Positions 21,563-31,976 of a stretch of 64,000 nucleotides of DNA are shown here, piece by piece. Position 1 is the stretch's first letter, and each line of letters begins with the position of its first letter. The stretch lies in assembly GCA_977017575.1 (NCBI GenBank), contig CDRNVI010000003.1:1-64000 (forward strand). The letters run 5' to 3'. Origin of the DNA: Paramoeba atlantica. Taxonomy: Eukaryota; Protista; Discosea. The notes beneath the pieces were generated by a model. It did no database searches and had not been told where the DNA came from. It saw only the letters and a list, made by a program, of their open reading frames with translations. A program made the position numbers and the translations under genes.

Positions 21563-23156
21563 TGAATATTTCTAGGGAGAAGGCGGAGGCGTCCGGACCT
21601 TTTGCCAGCTTGCTCTCGTTCAAAGAGAAGTTACGGAAGGCCACGTGTCAACGGGGAAACCTCTTTCTGCCTCCTCAGCGGAGAGAGGGAGTAGCGATAC
21701 TCCGGCAGCGGGCCCTGTGTCGAATGCAGTCACTTGTATGGTTCCGGGGAAGAGGTTCGTTATAACCTGGTGCAAGTCATATGAATATAGTACGAGGGTG
21801 TGGGAAGGTTCTGTTGTGTCGGTTGAACCGGACGGTTTTCAAATGGAAAACAGGGCCGTGGGCAGGTAAACATCAAAGGGTTACTTCCTCCAAGGAGGAA
21901 CAATTCGTAGAAGAGGGCGATGTGACGTTCAAAATTCGTGCAAATGAAATGCATTTATATACTGACGGGGCATTGTCTACAAAGAAAAATCAAATAGCAA
22001 CGGGATGTGCGTATGTATCGTTACGAGTTGGGAATCAAAAACTTATGGTAGGGATGCGCCCACCGGAAGATGTACCGCTTACCATTATGGCAGCTGAGGC
22101 GTATGGGGCATTTGCAGCATTGCAATTCACAATGGAATTTAATGGGGATGTTGTGTTGCATACTGATTCTCATAACCTCTGGGAATTTTTCCATATACAT
22201 AGGCATCAAAATCGCTTAGTTGGATTTCAGAAATTTGAGAATTCGGAACTGCTGAGACAGATTAGCCAGGCTTGTCATAAAATTGAGACTGATGCTAGAA
22301 ATGTGTACTGTATTAAAGTTCGAGCTCACGAAGGAAACCCATATAATGAGAGTGCTGATTTGGTGGCAAAAAAGGCAATTGATACAGTTGATATTGGCTC
22401 ATCATTTACTTATCGAGAACCCAAGGAGGTATCGAACGGTAAAAGAAAAGTTCCGAATTGTCCGGACAGAACGGTGCAAATACAGGAGAAAGTTTTAAAA
22501 TCGAATAGTATTTCTAGAAAATCACCCAAAACACCTATGAAAAAAGTCGTAATTACGGAACAAAAAAGGTCCAGAGAAAAGGAAGCTGAGCTGGGAAACA
22601 TTAAGGAACCTAAACTCAAGAAACGAAACAAGGCCTCTGAAGATAATTCACGTTCTGATAAGAAAATTATTCCAAAGGTTAAACTGCCACGGCATCCACA
22701 AATTAAACGAAAAGCCAACGAAGGCAAAAGCCAATCGCAGGCAGATGAGGAAGATAAATTGTCGAACTAACAGAATTTCTCGGTTGTGGGGTGAACGAGG
22801 GGTGGACAAGATTTTTGAAACAGTATTATTATTTATTTATATTTCAATCTAAAAGGTGTGAAACGAATCGACCTAGGTTTCCTGCTTATATGCGTTAATT
22901 TATTATATTTGTTAGTCTGTTTGTATTTGTATTTCATTTGTTGTCAAATTTGGAGGGAGAGGCATTGTTTGTAGAATTAGTTGAGTTTGTAGGTGCAAAG
23001 TTCACCGACGCATGCTAGGAAACGTGCTGCGTAGCCATTTTGATGGATTTACGGTACTTAAACAGGGCAAGTATCCCTTCACTTAATTGGAAACGGGGGG
23101 GGGGCAACTAGAGAGTGAAAGAGTACAAAGACCTCAACTGATATATCAGTGTTGTT
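21453..23156 (+). mobile_element. Internally deleted family-F LINE (array + N-domain fused to RNase H C-terminus + 3' UTR + (GTT)n tail), 15-bp TSD
   Basis: KAEASGPFASLL...AILRQRAL; ORF 21781-22770 has HLYTDGA, AAEAYG, LHTDSH, KVRAHEGNPYNESADLVA; flanking 15-bp direct repeat. Confidence 0.88.
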
Positions 23157-23283
23157 GTTGGTGCCGCCTTGGGAAAGCGGAAACTGGTATAGGACGTCGG
23201 CCTCGGAACCTCCAAATCTGTCTGTGAAGGGTCTGGCTTGCCAGTGACCATCCGGAGCAATCCGGAGTGATTTGGATTGTTTT

Positions 23284-23437
23284 GGGACGAGGGAGATACC
23301 AACAGTGTAGATGCGGCAGTTTCCTCAGGAAAAACGGCATCTCTGCCTTTTTAGGCGCCTGTCTTCATGCCCTAAGGGAGATAACGTTTTTCCTGTGGAA
23401 ACTGCCGGACCTATACTGTTGGTATCTTCCTCGTCCC
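23284..23437. repeat. Imperfect ~150-bp foldback containing GAGGGAGATAC
   Basis: GGGACGAGGGAGATACCAACAG pairs with CTGTTGGTATCTTCCTCGTCCC; inner CGGCAGTTTCC.CAGGAAAAACG pairs with CGTTTTTCCTG.GGAAACTGCCG. Confidence 0.8.
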
Positions 23438-24239
23438 CTTTGCCCTGGGTTACATAGTAAAAACATGTTCCCTAGGACTCCTTACAGCTTCCCACGCGAG
23501 GAAGTCGTCGTCGCTGCGGTAAACGGGAAGAAAGCTCCGCCTTCTGCTTTTTGCCTTGCGCCTCCTCCTTCCTCTACGGTCTTGTGTATCCCAAACTTCA
23601 AGTTGAAAAAAGCATACGTGGAGAATCGGGCTTTGCAAATCGCTTCCGAAGAAGGGGGTCTCGAGTCGTCCAAAAGGTGCTTTTTCTTTTCCTAAAACTA
23701 TCTACATGTATTTATGGTGCTGACTTTCTGTATCTCCCTCAATAAGATCCATTCTTATTGAAAGGAAGCCCCTGCCCCTTGGGGAATGACCTGAATCTTG
23801 TCCGGTACTCCCCATGTACTAAATAACTAGGACGAGATGATGGAAAGTGACAAGTTTTTGCCGTCTGCCATGATGCCAATTTTGGTCGTCGTCGGGCAAA
23901 AACTCCCTTCTCACAAAGGGCGCTAAGGCATTGGTTGCCTTCTTTGAAGGCCGCTGGTGAGCGAGCTTCGCAAGCTCCGCGTACCCTGGCGAGTTACCTC
24001 CCCTGGTGGAAAGTCAAAGTATCGACTTTCTAGCTCATTATTTTAATGAGCTCACGGGAGGTTGAAGAGGGCTTTCTCCCTCGCGTGGATATCGTTTATC
24101 GACACGTGTGTCGAAACCGTAATTACTTACAGCGCAGTCACCGACCCCTTTTTTATCAAGTTTTACCAATTTTATCACTTCTGGAGGCATGAGCCCCCGT
24201 TTGCGAGCAAGGCCCAACTGTGTGCGTAGCCCTGGGACA

Positions 24240-25150
24240 TAATTGCGGTGGTTGTAAAACTACCGCTCTACACTCGATTATTGAAAAAAAAGTGAACAAA
24301 AACAGTGAAAATATTAAGAGGAACACAGTAATATAATAGAAGAAAAAAATATAAAAGGGGGCTCCGGTGATCCAAAACTGAAAAAAAAAATTGAAAAAAA
24401 TGGGGGGTCCATGGGGGAGGTCCAGGGGGGTCCAGGGGGGGTCCAGGGGGGGGTCCAGGGGGGGGGTCATGGTCGAGCAAATTTTTTCGAAAAAATTAGT
24501 TTTCGAAACCAAACCGCAGAAAGGGTAGCCGGGGTCTTGGCGCGCATTTTCCACCCCCCTACCCGGGGGTAACCCCCCTGCGTATCCGCAGGAGGGGTCC
24601 GCCGAGTTCGAAATTGTTCGGATTTTTTTTTTGAAAACAATTTCAACTTGGCGAAAAAAATGACCAAAAAAATATTTTTCCAAAATCGTTTCCCCTATTG
24701 TATTTTGATAGTTTGGGACCTACAATAGCTTTCTCCGCAGTTGCTTTCGCAAGGTGTCCCTTCTTCGAACCGTGGTGCGCCCCTCAAAATAACCCATTTT
24801 TTGACTAAAAAAGGTGAAAAAGTATTTTTCGGACCTAAAGGGGCATTTGTGTGTCGAAAGAATGGTATGGTTGGAGTCGTCTTCTCTACCCAATACGTTC
24901 GGTAGGCTTCCATTCATGCCTACTAGTGATTTTCCACGCGCAAATGTCGGATTTAGTGCTCTGAGAGCAGAAATACGCGAAAATCACCCGATTTGTACCC
25001 GAAATTCGGCTATTTTTGGCTATAATCTTTCCGTTTTCCAGGCTAAATTTTCTTTTTTAGGCTACTCGTTAAACGCGGCGGTAGTTTTCAACGCGAAGCG
25101 CGCAGCATGAGTGACTTCTAAGTTGAAAACAACCACCGTGTTTAACGTTT
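24240..25150. repeat. Full-length hairpin-ended dispersed repeat (Helentron/HINE-like non-autonomous element)
   Basis: Begins ATTGCGGTGGTTGTAAAACTACCGC, has a variable GGTCCAGGGGGG tract, ends in a long GTTAAACGCGG...CCGTGTTTAAC palindrome. Confidence 0.85.
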
Positions 25151-25793
25151 AATGGCAATTAATAAATGGGCGGAGGCGTCCGGACCTTTTGGGGGTTTCT
25201 TGGCGGTCAAAGAAAAACTCCGATTGGCCACGTGTTGTCGGGGAAACCTGTTTCTACCTAAAAAGCGGAAATGGGGAGTAGCCAAACTCCGGCCGCGGGA
25301 CCTGTTTCGAATGTCATGTCTTTTTTCTCCTGGAAAACGCTTTGCTGTTGCCTGGAGTATGTCATATGATTTACGTACGAGGTTGTCGGAGGGGACTGCT
25401 AAATCTATACTTCCGGACGGTAGACGTCTAGTGAAGTATGATTTAGTGGATGATCGCCTTTTCCTGTTTCCTCCGAAAGATGAACGAGTTCAAATTCTGG
25501 GTGGTAGGGTAGGTTTCTTGGGAAAATGGAAATCCAAACGGAATAGGAAACGCACCAACTGTCCTCGAAGTGGCTACCGGGGCCAGGGATCCGAGAAGAA
25601 TGCTAAGAGAGGGGGTTTTACGATAAATACCCTAAACGTGGACACCTTGAAAGTCAAAGCGACTGATACTTTCACGCTTCGGAAGTCGATTAGACTATAT
25701 CAAGTGGCAGGTTTCATGAGGAGTCAACATGTTGACCTCATGGCGCTTCAGGAAACAAGGTTAAAATTTGATGATAAGGATTCTATTTTACAT

Positions 25794-27358
25794 ACCACTT
25801 TTTGTTTTAAGACCACTTTTTGTTTTAAGACCACTTTTTGTTTTAAGACCACTTTTTGTTTTAAGACCACTTTTTGTTTTAAGACCACTTTTTGTTTTAA
25901 GACCACTTTTTGTTTTAAGACCACTTTTTGTTTTAAGACCACTTTTTGTTTTAAGACCACTTTTTGTTTTAAGACCACTTTTTGTTTTAAGACCACTTTT
26001 TGTTTTAAGACCACTTTTTGTTTTAAGACCACTTTTTGTTTTAAGACCACTTTTTGTTTTAAGACCACTTTTTGTTTTAAGACCACTTTTTGTTTTAAGA
26101 CCACTTTTTGTTTTAAGACCACTTTTTGTTTTAAGACCACTTTTTGTTTTAAGACCACTTTTTGTTTTAAGACCACTTTTTGTTTTAAGACCACTTTTTG
26201 TTTTAAGACCACTTTTTGTTTTAAGACCACTTTTTGTTTTAAGACCACTTTTTGTTTTAAGACCACTTTTTGTTTTAAGACCACTTTTTGTTTTAAGACC
26301 ACTTTTTGTTTTAAGACCACTTTTTGTTTTAAGACCACTTTTTGTTTTAAGACCACTTTTTGTTTTAAGACCACTTTTTGTTTTAAGACCACTTTTTGTT
26401 TTAAGACCACTTTTTGTTTTAAGACCACTTTTTGTTTTAAGACCACTTTTTGTTTTAAGACCACTTTTTGTTTTAAGACCACTTTTTGTTTTAAGACCAC
26501 TTTTTGTTTTAAGACCACTTTTTGTTTTAAGACCACTTTTTGTTTTAAGACCACTTTTTGTTTTAAGACCACTTTTTGTTTTAAGACCACTTTTTGTTTT
26601 AAGACCACTTTTTGTTTTAAGACCACTTTTTGTTTTAAGACCACTTTTTGTTTTAAGACCACTTTTTGTTTTAAGACCACTTTTTGTTTTAAGACCACTT
26701 TTTGTTTTAAGACCACTTTTTGTTTTAAGACCACTTTTTGTTTTAAGACCACTTTTTGTTTTAAGACCACTTTTTGTTTTAAGACCACTTTTTGTTTTAA
26801 GACCACTTTTTGTTTTAAGACCACTTTTTGTTTTAAGACCACTTTTTGTTTTAAGACCACTTTTTGTTTTAAGACCACTTTTTGTTTTAAGACCACTTTT
26901 TGTTTTAAGACCACTTTTTGTTTTAAGACCACTTTTTGTTTTAAGACCACTTTTTGTTTTAAGACCACTTTTTGTTTTAAGACCACTTTTTGTTTTAAGA
27001 CCACTTTTTGTTTTAAGACCACTTTTTGTTTTAAGACCACTTTTTGTTTTAAGACCACTTTTTGTTTTAAGACCACTTTTTGTTTTAAGACCACTTTTTG
27101 TTTTAAGACCACTTTTTGTTTTAAGACCACTTTTTGTTTTAAGACCACTTTTTGTTTTAAGACCACTTTTTGTTTTAAGACCACTTTTTGTTTTAAGACC
27201 ACTTTTTGTTTTAAGACCACTTTTTGTTTTAAGACCACTTTTTGTTTTAAGACCACTTTTTGTTTTAAGACCACTTTTTGTTTTAAGACCACTTTTTGTT
27301 TTAAGACCACTTTTTGTTTTAAGACCACTTTTTGTTTTAAGACCACTTTTTGTTTTAA
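25794..27358 (+). repeat. Homogeneous tandem array of ~87 x 18-bp unit (GACCACTTTTTGTTTTAA) at the 5' end of the intact family-B LINE
   Basis: No variant unit seen over ~1565 bp; ends 16 nt before the ATG at 27375. Confidence 0.97.
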
Positions 27359-27374
27359 TTTACTTTAGAACAAA

Positions 27375-30300
27375 ATGGCGGATGCTTCCGGCACGCATGG
27401 GGGGACAGAGGTTTTTGAAACCCTTATGCGGACCAAGCGTGGTCGGGGGGTAGTCTTTCGTTCGCCTGAACGAGAGGGTCCTGCTAAACTCCGCCAGAGG
27501 GCGGTCCGGTCGCTTTGTAAATTTATACGTGTTGGGGCTTTTATCCGTGTTGCATGGAGGTATGAAACCTCTTCTGAAGTCTTTATTTGGGATGGTGAAG
27601 TTGTGGGTGGGGTGCCGGCGAGTCTACAAAATTTCGACTGGGCAAATACAAGTCCTATTTGGCACAATCACTTATCTGGTGCATTTCGTGTTCGATACGC
27701 AAAAAGGCCGAACACAACCTTACCCTTCCCCCCTTATTCGCAAACTGGCGTAGTGCTTTGTGCAACGCAGGTGAGGAACCCGGCGCGGGCAAAATGGAAG
27801 AGCAATCGGCACCGCCCTCGACCACAATGGGCGTCGACTGGCAAACACGCCCAACAAGATTCGGAGAACCACAAAGGTTCCGCTGAGAAGGAGAGTACGA
27901 CCGTCGCCACACTAAACGTTACAACGTTAAAGCTAGAAGGGGAAGATGAATTTGCACTTCGAAGATGCGCCCGTCTGAATGAGGTGCTTGCCTTCATGCA
28001 CGAAAAGGGGGTTGGCGTCATGTGCCTTCAGGAGACCAGGCACAAATTCTTGAAGGGGAACCATGAGGATGGAATCCTCTACAGAAAGGTTGAAAACCTA
28101 GGGGAGTGTTTTCACATATATCTGCAGTCGGCCGACGAACGTGATTCTTATAACGGCATGGCAATAATTAGTAGATGGCCGTTTCAAAAAGTCTGGATGG
28201 TTAGCAAAAGGGTCATGGGAGCGGAGTATCCCCTGGAAGATGGGAAGGGCACACTGTTTAATGTCTATTCCCCAACGCGGGACTCCTTAGAAGCCGTTCA
28301 TGCGGCATTTCTGGGGGACTTGGGCAAGGCTTGTCGCGAGGTCAAGGCTCACGAGAGGCGTCGGCCTTTATTGGTAATGGGTGATTTCAATGCACCACTA
28401 ACGCTGGTAACAAATCCAACCATGGATCCTCCAGCGATCTCTCAGCTTAAAGGCCTACTATGCTCTATTGGATGCAAGTCGGCACATACTCTCTGCCCGA
28501 GTAAAAGAAAATGGACATGCGAGTTGCCGGGCAAGAGGAAGGGGAACTTAGACAATCGCGGGAATCGAACGGAAAGAAAATTAGGGAAAATGAACGGAGA
28601 TACGCAAACATGTGAAACGCAAGGTTTGGATCTACAAGCAGATGCCATAGGACAAGAGAGCATTTTGAAGAGGGATAGGGATAATGAGGGGGTAGGGGGG
28701 AAAATTTCTAGGAGCCAGGAAGATAAAAGAAACAAGATGGGAAAACACAAGAAGGATGACAACAAGGTGCGGAGACAGCTTGATCATATACTGGTTTGCG
28801 AAAGGTTTTCCTCTAGCATTGGGCGTCACAAAGTCTTAAAGGCGCCTGTTCCTACGGTACATTGTGTCGTGATGGCGGATGTAAAAATTAAGTGGCGTTC
28901 TAAACGACCAAGCGGGCAGAGCAGAGTGCCATGGGCCAGGCTAGGGGACGAGGAGAGGAAGGCTTCCTTCCAAAACTCAGTTTGGGACGAGGTTAAAAGA
29001 GAAGGAGAGATTACATGGGAAAATTTATCAGAAACAATGGTTCACACTGCAGAAAAACTATCGAGAAAAGGAGCAGCGACACCGCAAGCGCAATTAATGG
29101 CAGAAACACCGATGAAAATTAATACGGAAACAAAATCGTCTCAAATTTCAGGATTTCGCGACTTGTTTCTGCAAAGCAGAAAACCAGACCACTTCAAAGA
29201 AGTTCTAAAAGAGCACGGAACAGAAATTGAGGCACAAATCCAAAAAGAATGTTCCGAGATTGAATCTGGTTTAAGGAAACATCGGTCTAATCCGTGGCGC
29301 ACGCTGCGGAGGATTTGCGGTTTATACAGGGACACCTTTCGCATAGAGACCTCATCGACGAGAGAGACACTTCATATTGTGAAGGATTTCTTTGCTCGTA
29401 TGGGCTCCGATGATCGTGGAGATAAGAACATTGCCTTCGAAGCGGTGACCTCCATTAAAATACCGATAAATGATGATATCTTTTCCATGGAAGAGCTAGA
29501 AGATGGAATAAGCCGGCTCGCACGCAACAAAGCGCCTGGAATAGACCAAATCCCTGCAGAAGTACTTTCGATTATCACGGAACACAAGGATCTGAGAAAC
29601 GTACTGTTAAATATCATCAATGAAGTTCACCGTTCAGGGGTTTCGCCTGCGTCCTGGAAATTTGTCCTTCAGGTTCCTATTCCTAAAAAAGGCGACCTGA
29701 CACAAATTTCGAACTGGCGCCCAATCTGCCTCGTCAATAGCGCGGTAAAATTAATGAACGCAATGATTCTTCGAAGAATGAGACCAGCCATTGAACCGTT
29801 TCTAAGGGATAGTCAATTCGGATTTCGCCCGGAAAGGTCCACAGCAGGAGCGCAGATAATACTTAATGATGTGAAGATAAGGTCGTCGCGCAACAAGAGG
29901 GGGGTCGCAGTTGCATTCATGGATTTTGCCAAAGCCTTTCCTTCGGTATCTTTTTATGCAATCCGTGCTGCTCTTAAAGCTTTTCACGTCGGATCAGCGC
30001 TCACTAGTATGATAATGTCAGTGTATTCCAATCTAAGAGGCATAGTCAAAACACCGTACGGCAATACGGAATCTTTCCCCATTGAAACAGGAATTCTCCA
30101 GGGAGATGTTCTTGCTCCTTATTTGTTTGTGCTTGTTATTGACAGAATTCTTCATAAAGCGCTCGATAACAAACCTCTAGGGATTCTGTTGAGGAGCAGC
30201 GGGACAAAAAGTAGGGGAATTCAAGAATTTCGAGTGAAGGACATTGATTACGCAGACGATATTGCTCTTCTGGCGGAGACAAAACATGAAATATCCGAAA

Positions 30301-31976
30301 TGATAGAAGCTACGGCTAATGAAGCAAAATCTGCCAATCTAAGGGTTGCTGTGGGAAAAAATAAGACTGCGTGGATGGCCTTCGGGAAGGTTCCGGGGGG
30401 AACAAGAGAACTTCGGGCGGGATCACTGGGAAAGATTCCTCTCGTGGATTCCTACCGACATCTTGGTCACCTTCAAGATGTTACGGCAGCATCCCCCATC
30501 AAAGATCGACTGAGATTAACATGGGCAGCTTTTCGCAAGCTTAATGGAATCTGGGCCTCACCACTGAGTGCTGCTACGAAATTGCGCCTATTTGATTGCC
30601 TAGTCTATCCAATATTGACGTTTGGTGCTGCATCTCTTTATCTTTCTAACAAAATGCTTCGGCAAACGGAAGTGGAGGTAAACATAATGAGGCGATTTGC
30701 TTGCAACTCGGCTAAACTTGATGATTTCGGCCACTGTTACCCGCTAGAGGCGCTGTATCTCGGTACACCTCGCTTTGCGACTGTTCATCGCGTTGCCCGA
30801 GCTAAACTTGTTGGCCACATGCTGAGGCACTCGACCACTTTTCGCGAGCTTGTTCAATGGAATACTAAAGAAAGAGCACGAAGTATTTCCCCCAGCGAGG
30901 CAAGTTTTAACGATCTAGGTATTACGCTTGAACAAGCTCTTGTTTACTCCCAGGATCGAGAACACTGGCAAAAGCTTTGCGACAATCTCCGACAAAAACT
31001 TGAGCCTCTTCCGGAGTACGAAGTATTACGGTCTTCGAAATGGAAAACCAAATATGGTCAAGCACTGAAAAGCAATAGCTCTTATGAATTTCAATTTGTG
31101 GAAGAAGGTCCAGAACCGTTTCCTATGTTTACAGGAGAAGTTCACATGTATATTGATGGCTCTGTTCGACAGATGCGAGGGTCAACGGAACACATGGCAG
31201 GTGCAGGAGTAGTTTTACGAATGAACGGCATGGAAGATGAATATTACTCTATAGCATTAGACGCCGAAACAGCTGATAGAGCTGAGATTGAAGCAATGAT
31301 AGAAGCGCTGGACAGAACACCAGACAAGGCGGAAACAGTTGTTGTCCACACGGATTCATTCTATGTATGGAATTTCTTCCATCTTACACGTTTGCGAAGG
31401 AGAATCATCGGGTACAACAACATACCGAACGGCAAAATCCTTGAAAAACTGGATAAGGAAATCCGAACGCTTCAATCCAGAGGCACAAGGTGTTACGTGT
31501 GCAAAGTTAGATCCCACAATGGGAACAAGCACAACGAGAAGGCAGACACATTGGCGATTGCAGGGTCACGCAAGATTGCTCCAAACCCAGAAACCAAGAG
31601 GAGAAAGACATTGACAAATGCTCAGGCTCAGAAAGGGGAGAGTAGGGGGAGGGTTAGTTCAAAAACTATTCAGACTATGAATCGTCCTCGAAAAAATTGT
31701 AGCCAAATTCCTAAGCCATTAGGTAAGAGACGAGATTACTTCAAGACTGTGGTAGGTGATCCCCTCCCCAAAAAGGGTACCTCGCCTCCTGTAGATGCCG
31801 GAATGAATTCTACCGGGGAGAATGAATGCTTGCCTGAAGAACCTGACTCCGAAAATAAAAACTTGCACGAAGGACGTTCCACGCCCGGTTCAAAGGCCAA
31901 GGAGCATAAAAGTGCAGGTTCACCGGATAGTAAGACGTTGAAACGCAAAAATGACAGATGTACTCTTAACCGATGA
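27375..31976 (+). CDS. Intact 1533-aa non-LTR retrotransposon polyprotein: N-terminal domain, APE endonuclease, RT, RNase H, basic tail
   Basis: LNVTTL/LQETR/NVYSPT/MGDFNAP/LDHIL (APE); WRPICLVN, QFGFRPERST, DFAKAFPSV, GILQGDVLAPYLF, DYADDI (RT); YIDGS, RAEIEA, HTDS, KVRSHNGNKHNEKADTLA (RNase H); (ATTGG)n tail at ~31988-32008. Confidence 0.97.
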   Translation: MADASGTHGGTEVFETLMRTKRGRGVVFRSPEREGPAKLRQRAVRSLCKFIRVGAFIRVAWRYETSSEVFIWDGEVVGGVPASLQNFDWANTSPIWHNHLSGAFRVRYAKRPNTTLPFPPYSQTGVVLCATQVRNPARAKWKSNRHRPRPQWASTGKHAQQDSENHKGSAEKESTTVATLNVTTLKLEGEDEFALRRCARLNEVLAFMHEKGVGVMCLQETRHKFLKGNHEDGILYRKVENLGECFHIYLQSADERDSYNGMAIISRWPFQKVWMVSKRVMGAEYPLEDGKGTLFNVYSPTRDSLEAVHAAFLGDLGKACREVKAHERRRPLLVMGDFNAPLTLVTNPTMDPPAISQLKGLLCSIGCKSAHTLCPSKRKWTCELPGKRKGNLDNRGNRTERKLGKMNGDTQTCETQGLDLQADAIGQESILKRDRDNEGVGGKISRSQEDKRNKMGKHKKDDNKVRRQLDHILVCERFSSSIGRHKVLKAPVPTVHCVVMADVKIKWRSKRPSGQSRVPWARLGDEERKASFQNSVWDEVKREGEITWENLSETMVHTAEKLSRKGAATPQAQLMAETPMKINTETKSSQISGFRDLFLQSRKPDHFKEVLKEHGTEIEAQIQKECSEIESGLRKHRSNPWRTLRRICGLYRDTFRIETSSTRETLHIVKDFFARMGSDDRGDKNIAFEAVTSIKIPINDDIFSMEELEDGISRLARNKAPGIDQIPAEVLSIITEHKDLRNVLLNIINEVHRSGVSPASWKFVLQVPIPKKGDLTQISNWRPICLVNSAVKLMNAMILRRMRPAIEPFLRDSQFGFRPERSTAGAQIILNDVKIRSSRNKRGVAVAFMDFAKAFPSVSFYAIRAALKAFHVGSALTSMIMSVYSNLRGIVKTPYGNTESFPIETGILQGDVLAPYLFVLVIDRILHKALDNKPLGILLRSSGTKSRGIQEFRVKDIDYADDIALLAETKHEISEMIEATANEAKSANLRVAVGKNKTAWMAFGKVPGGTRELRAGSLGKIPLVDSYRHLGHLQDVTAASPIKDRLRLTWAAFRKLNGIWASPLSAATKLRLFDCLVYPILTFGAASLYLSNKMLRQTEVEVNIMRRFACNSAKLDDFGHCYPLEALYLGTPRFATVHRVARAKLVGHMLRHSTTFRELVQWNTKERARSISPSEASFNDLGITLEQALVYSQDREHWQKLCDNLRQKLEPLPEYEVLRSSKWKTKYGQALKSNSSYEFQFVEEGPEPFPMFTGEVHMYIDGSVRQMRGSTEHMAGAGVVLRMNGMEDEYYSIALDAETADRAEIEAMIEALDRTPDKAETVVVHTDSFYVWNFFHLTRLRRRIIGYNNIPNGKILEKLDKEIRTLQSRGTRCYVCKVRSHNGNKHNEKADTLAIAGSRKIAPNPETKRRKTLTNAQAQKGESRGRVSSKTIQTMNRPRKNCSQIPKPLGKRRDYFKTVVGDPLPKKGTSPPVDAGMNSTGENECLPEEPDSENKNLHEGRSTPGSKAKEHKSAGSPDSKTLKRKNDRCTLNR

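Larger units (their letters stand above)
21320..23285 (+). mobile_element. SINE-like copy split by the family-F LINE (21320-21452 and 23157-23285)
   Basis: SINE sequence stops at GTTGGTGCCGCCTTG (21438-21452) and resumes with the same 15-mer (23157-23171). Confidence 0.85.

Noticed and set aside
24156-25110. Recurrent short ORFs (MKKYFSDLKGHF..., MDHRSPLLYFF...) found many times in the window
   Set aside because: They come from the non-coding hairpin-ended repeat; start and stop positions differ between copies.
25794-27358. Tandem arrays as CRISPR arrays or telomeres
   Set aside because: No spacers and no cas genes; the units are internal, family-specific and not G-rich telomeric repeats.
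27340-27400. HDV-like (Pr77-type), hammerhead or twister ribozyme at LINE 5' ends
   Set aside because: The unique 5' UTRs are only ~14-16 nt and AT-rich, and no core motifs were readable. A covariance search could still revisit this.
25152-27453. Long ORFs of (KTTFCF)n, (LRPLFV)n and (VVLKQK)n, including an apparent 738-aa fusion; analogy to the stop-free repeat ORF made by bacterial DRT2
   Set aside because: An 18-bp unit without stops in several frames gives these automatically. The in-frame fusion to the older LINE is a junction accident, and the family-F unit is 19 bp, so there is no evidence of coding selection.
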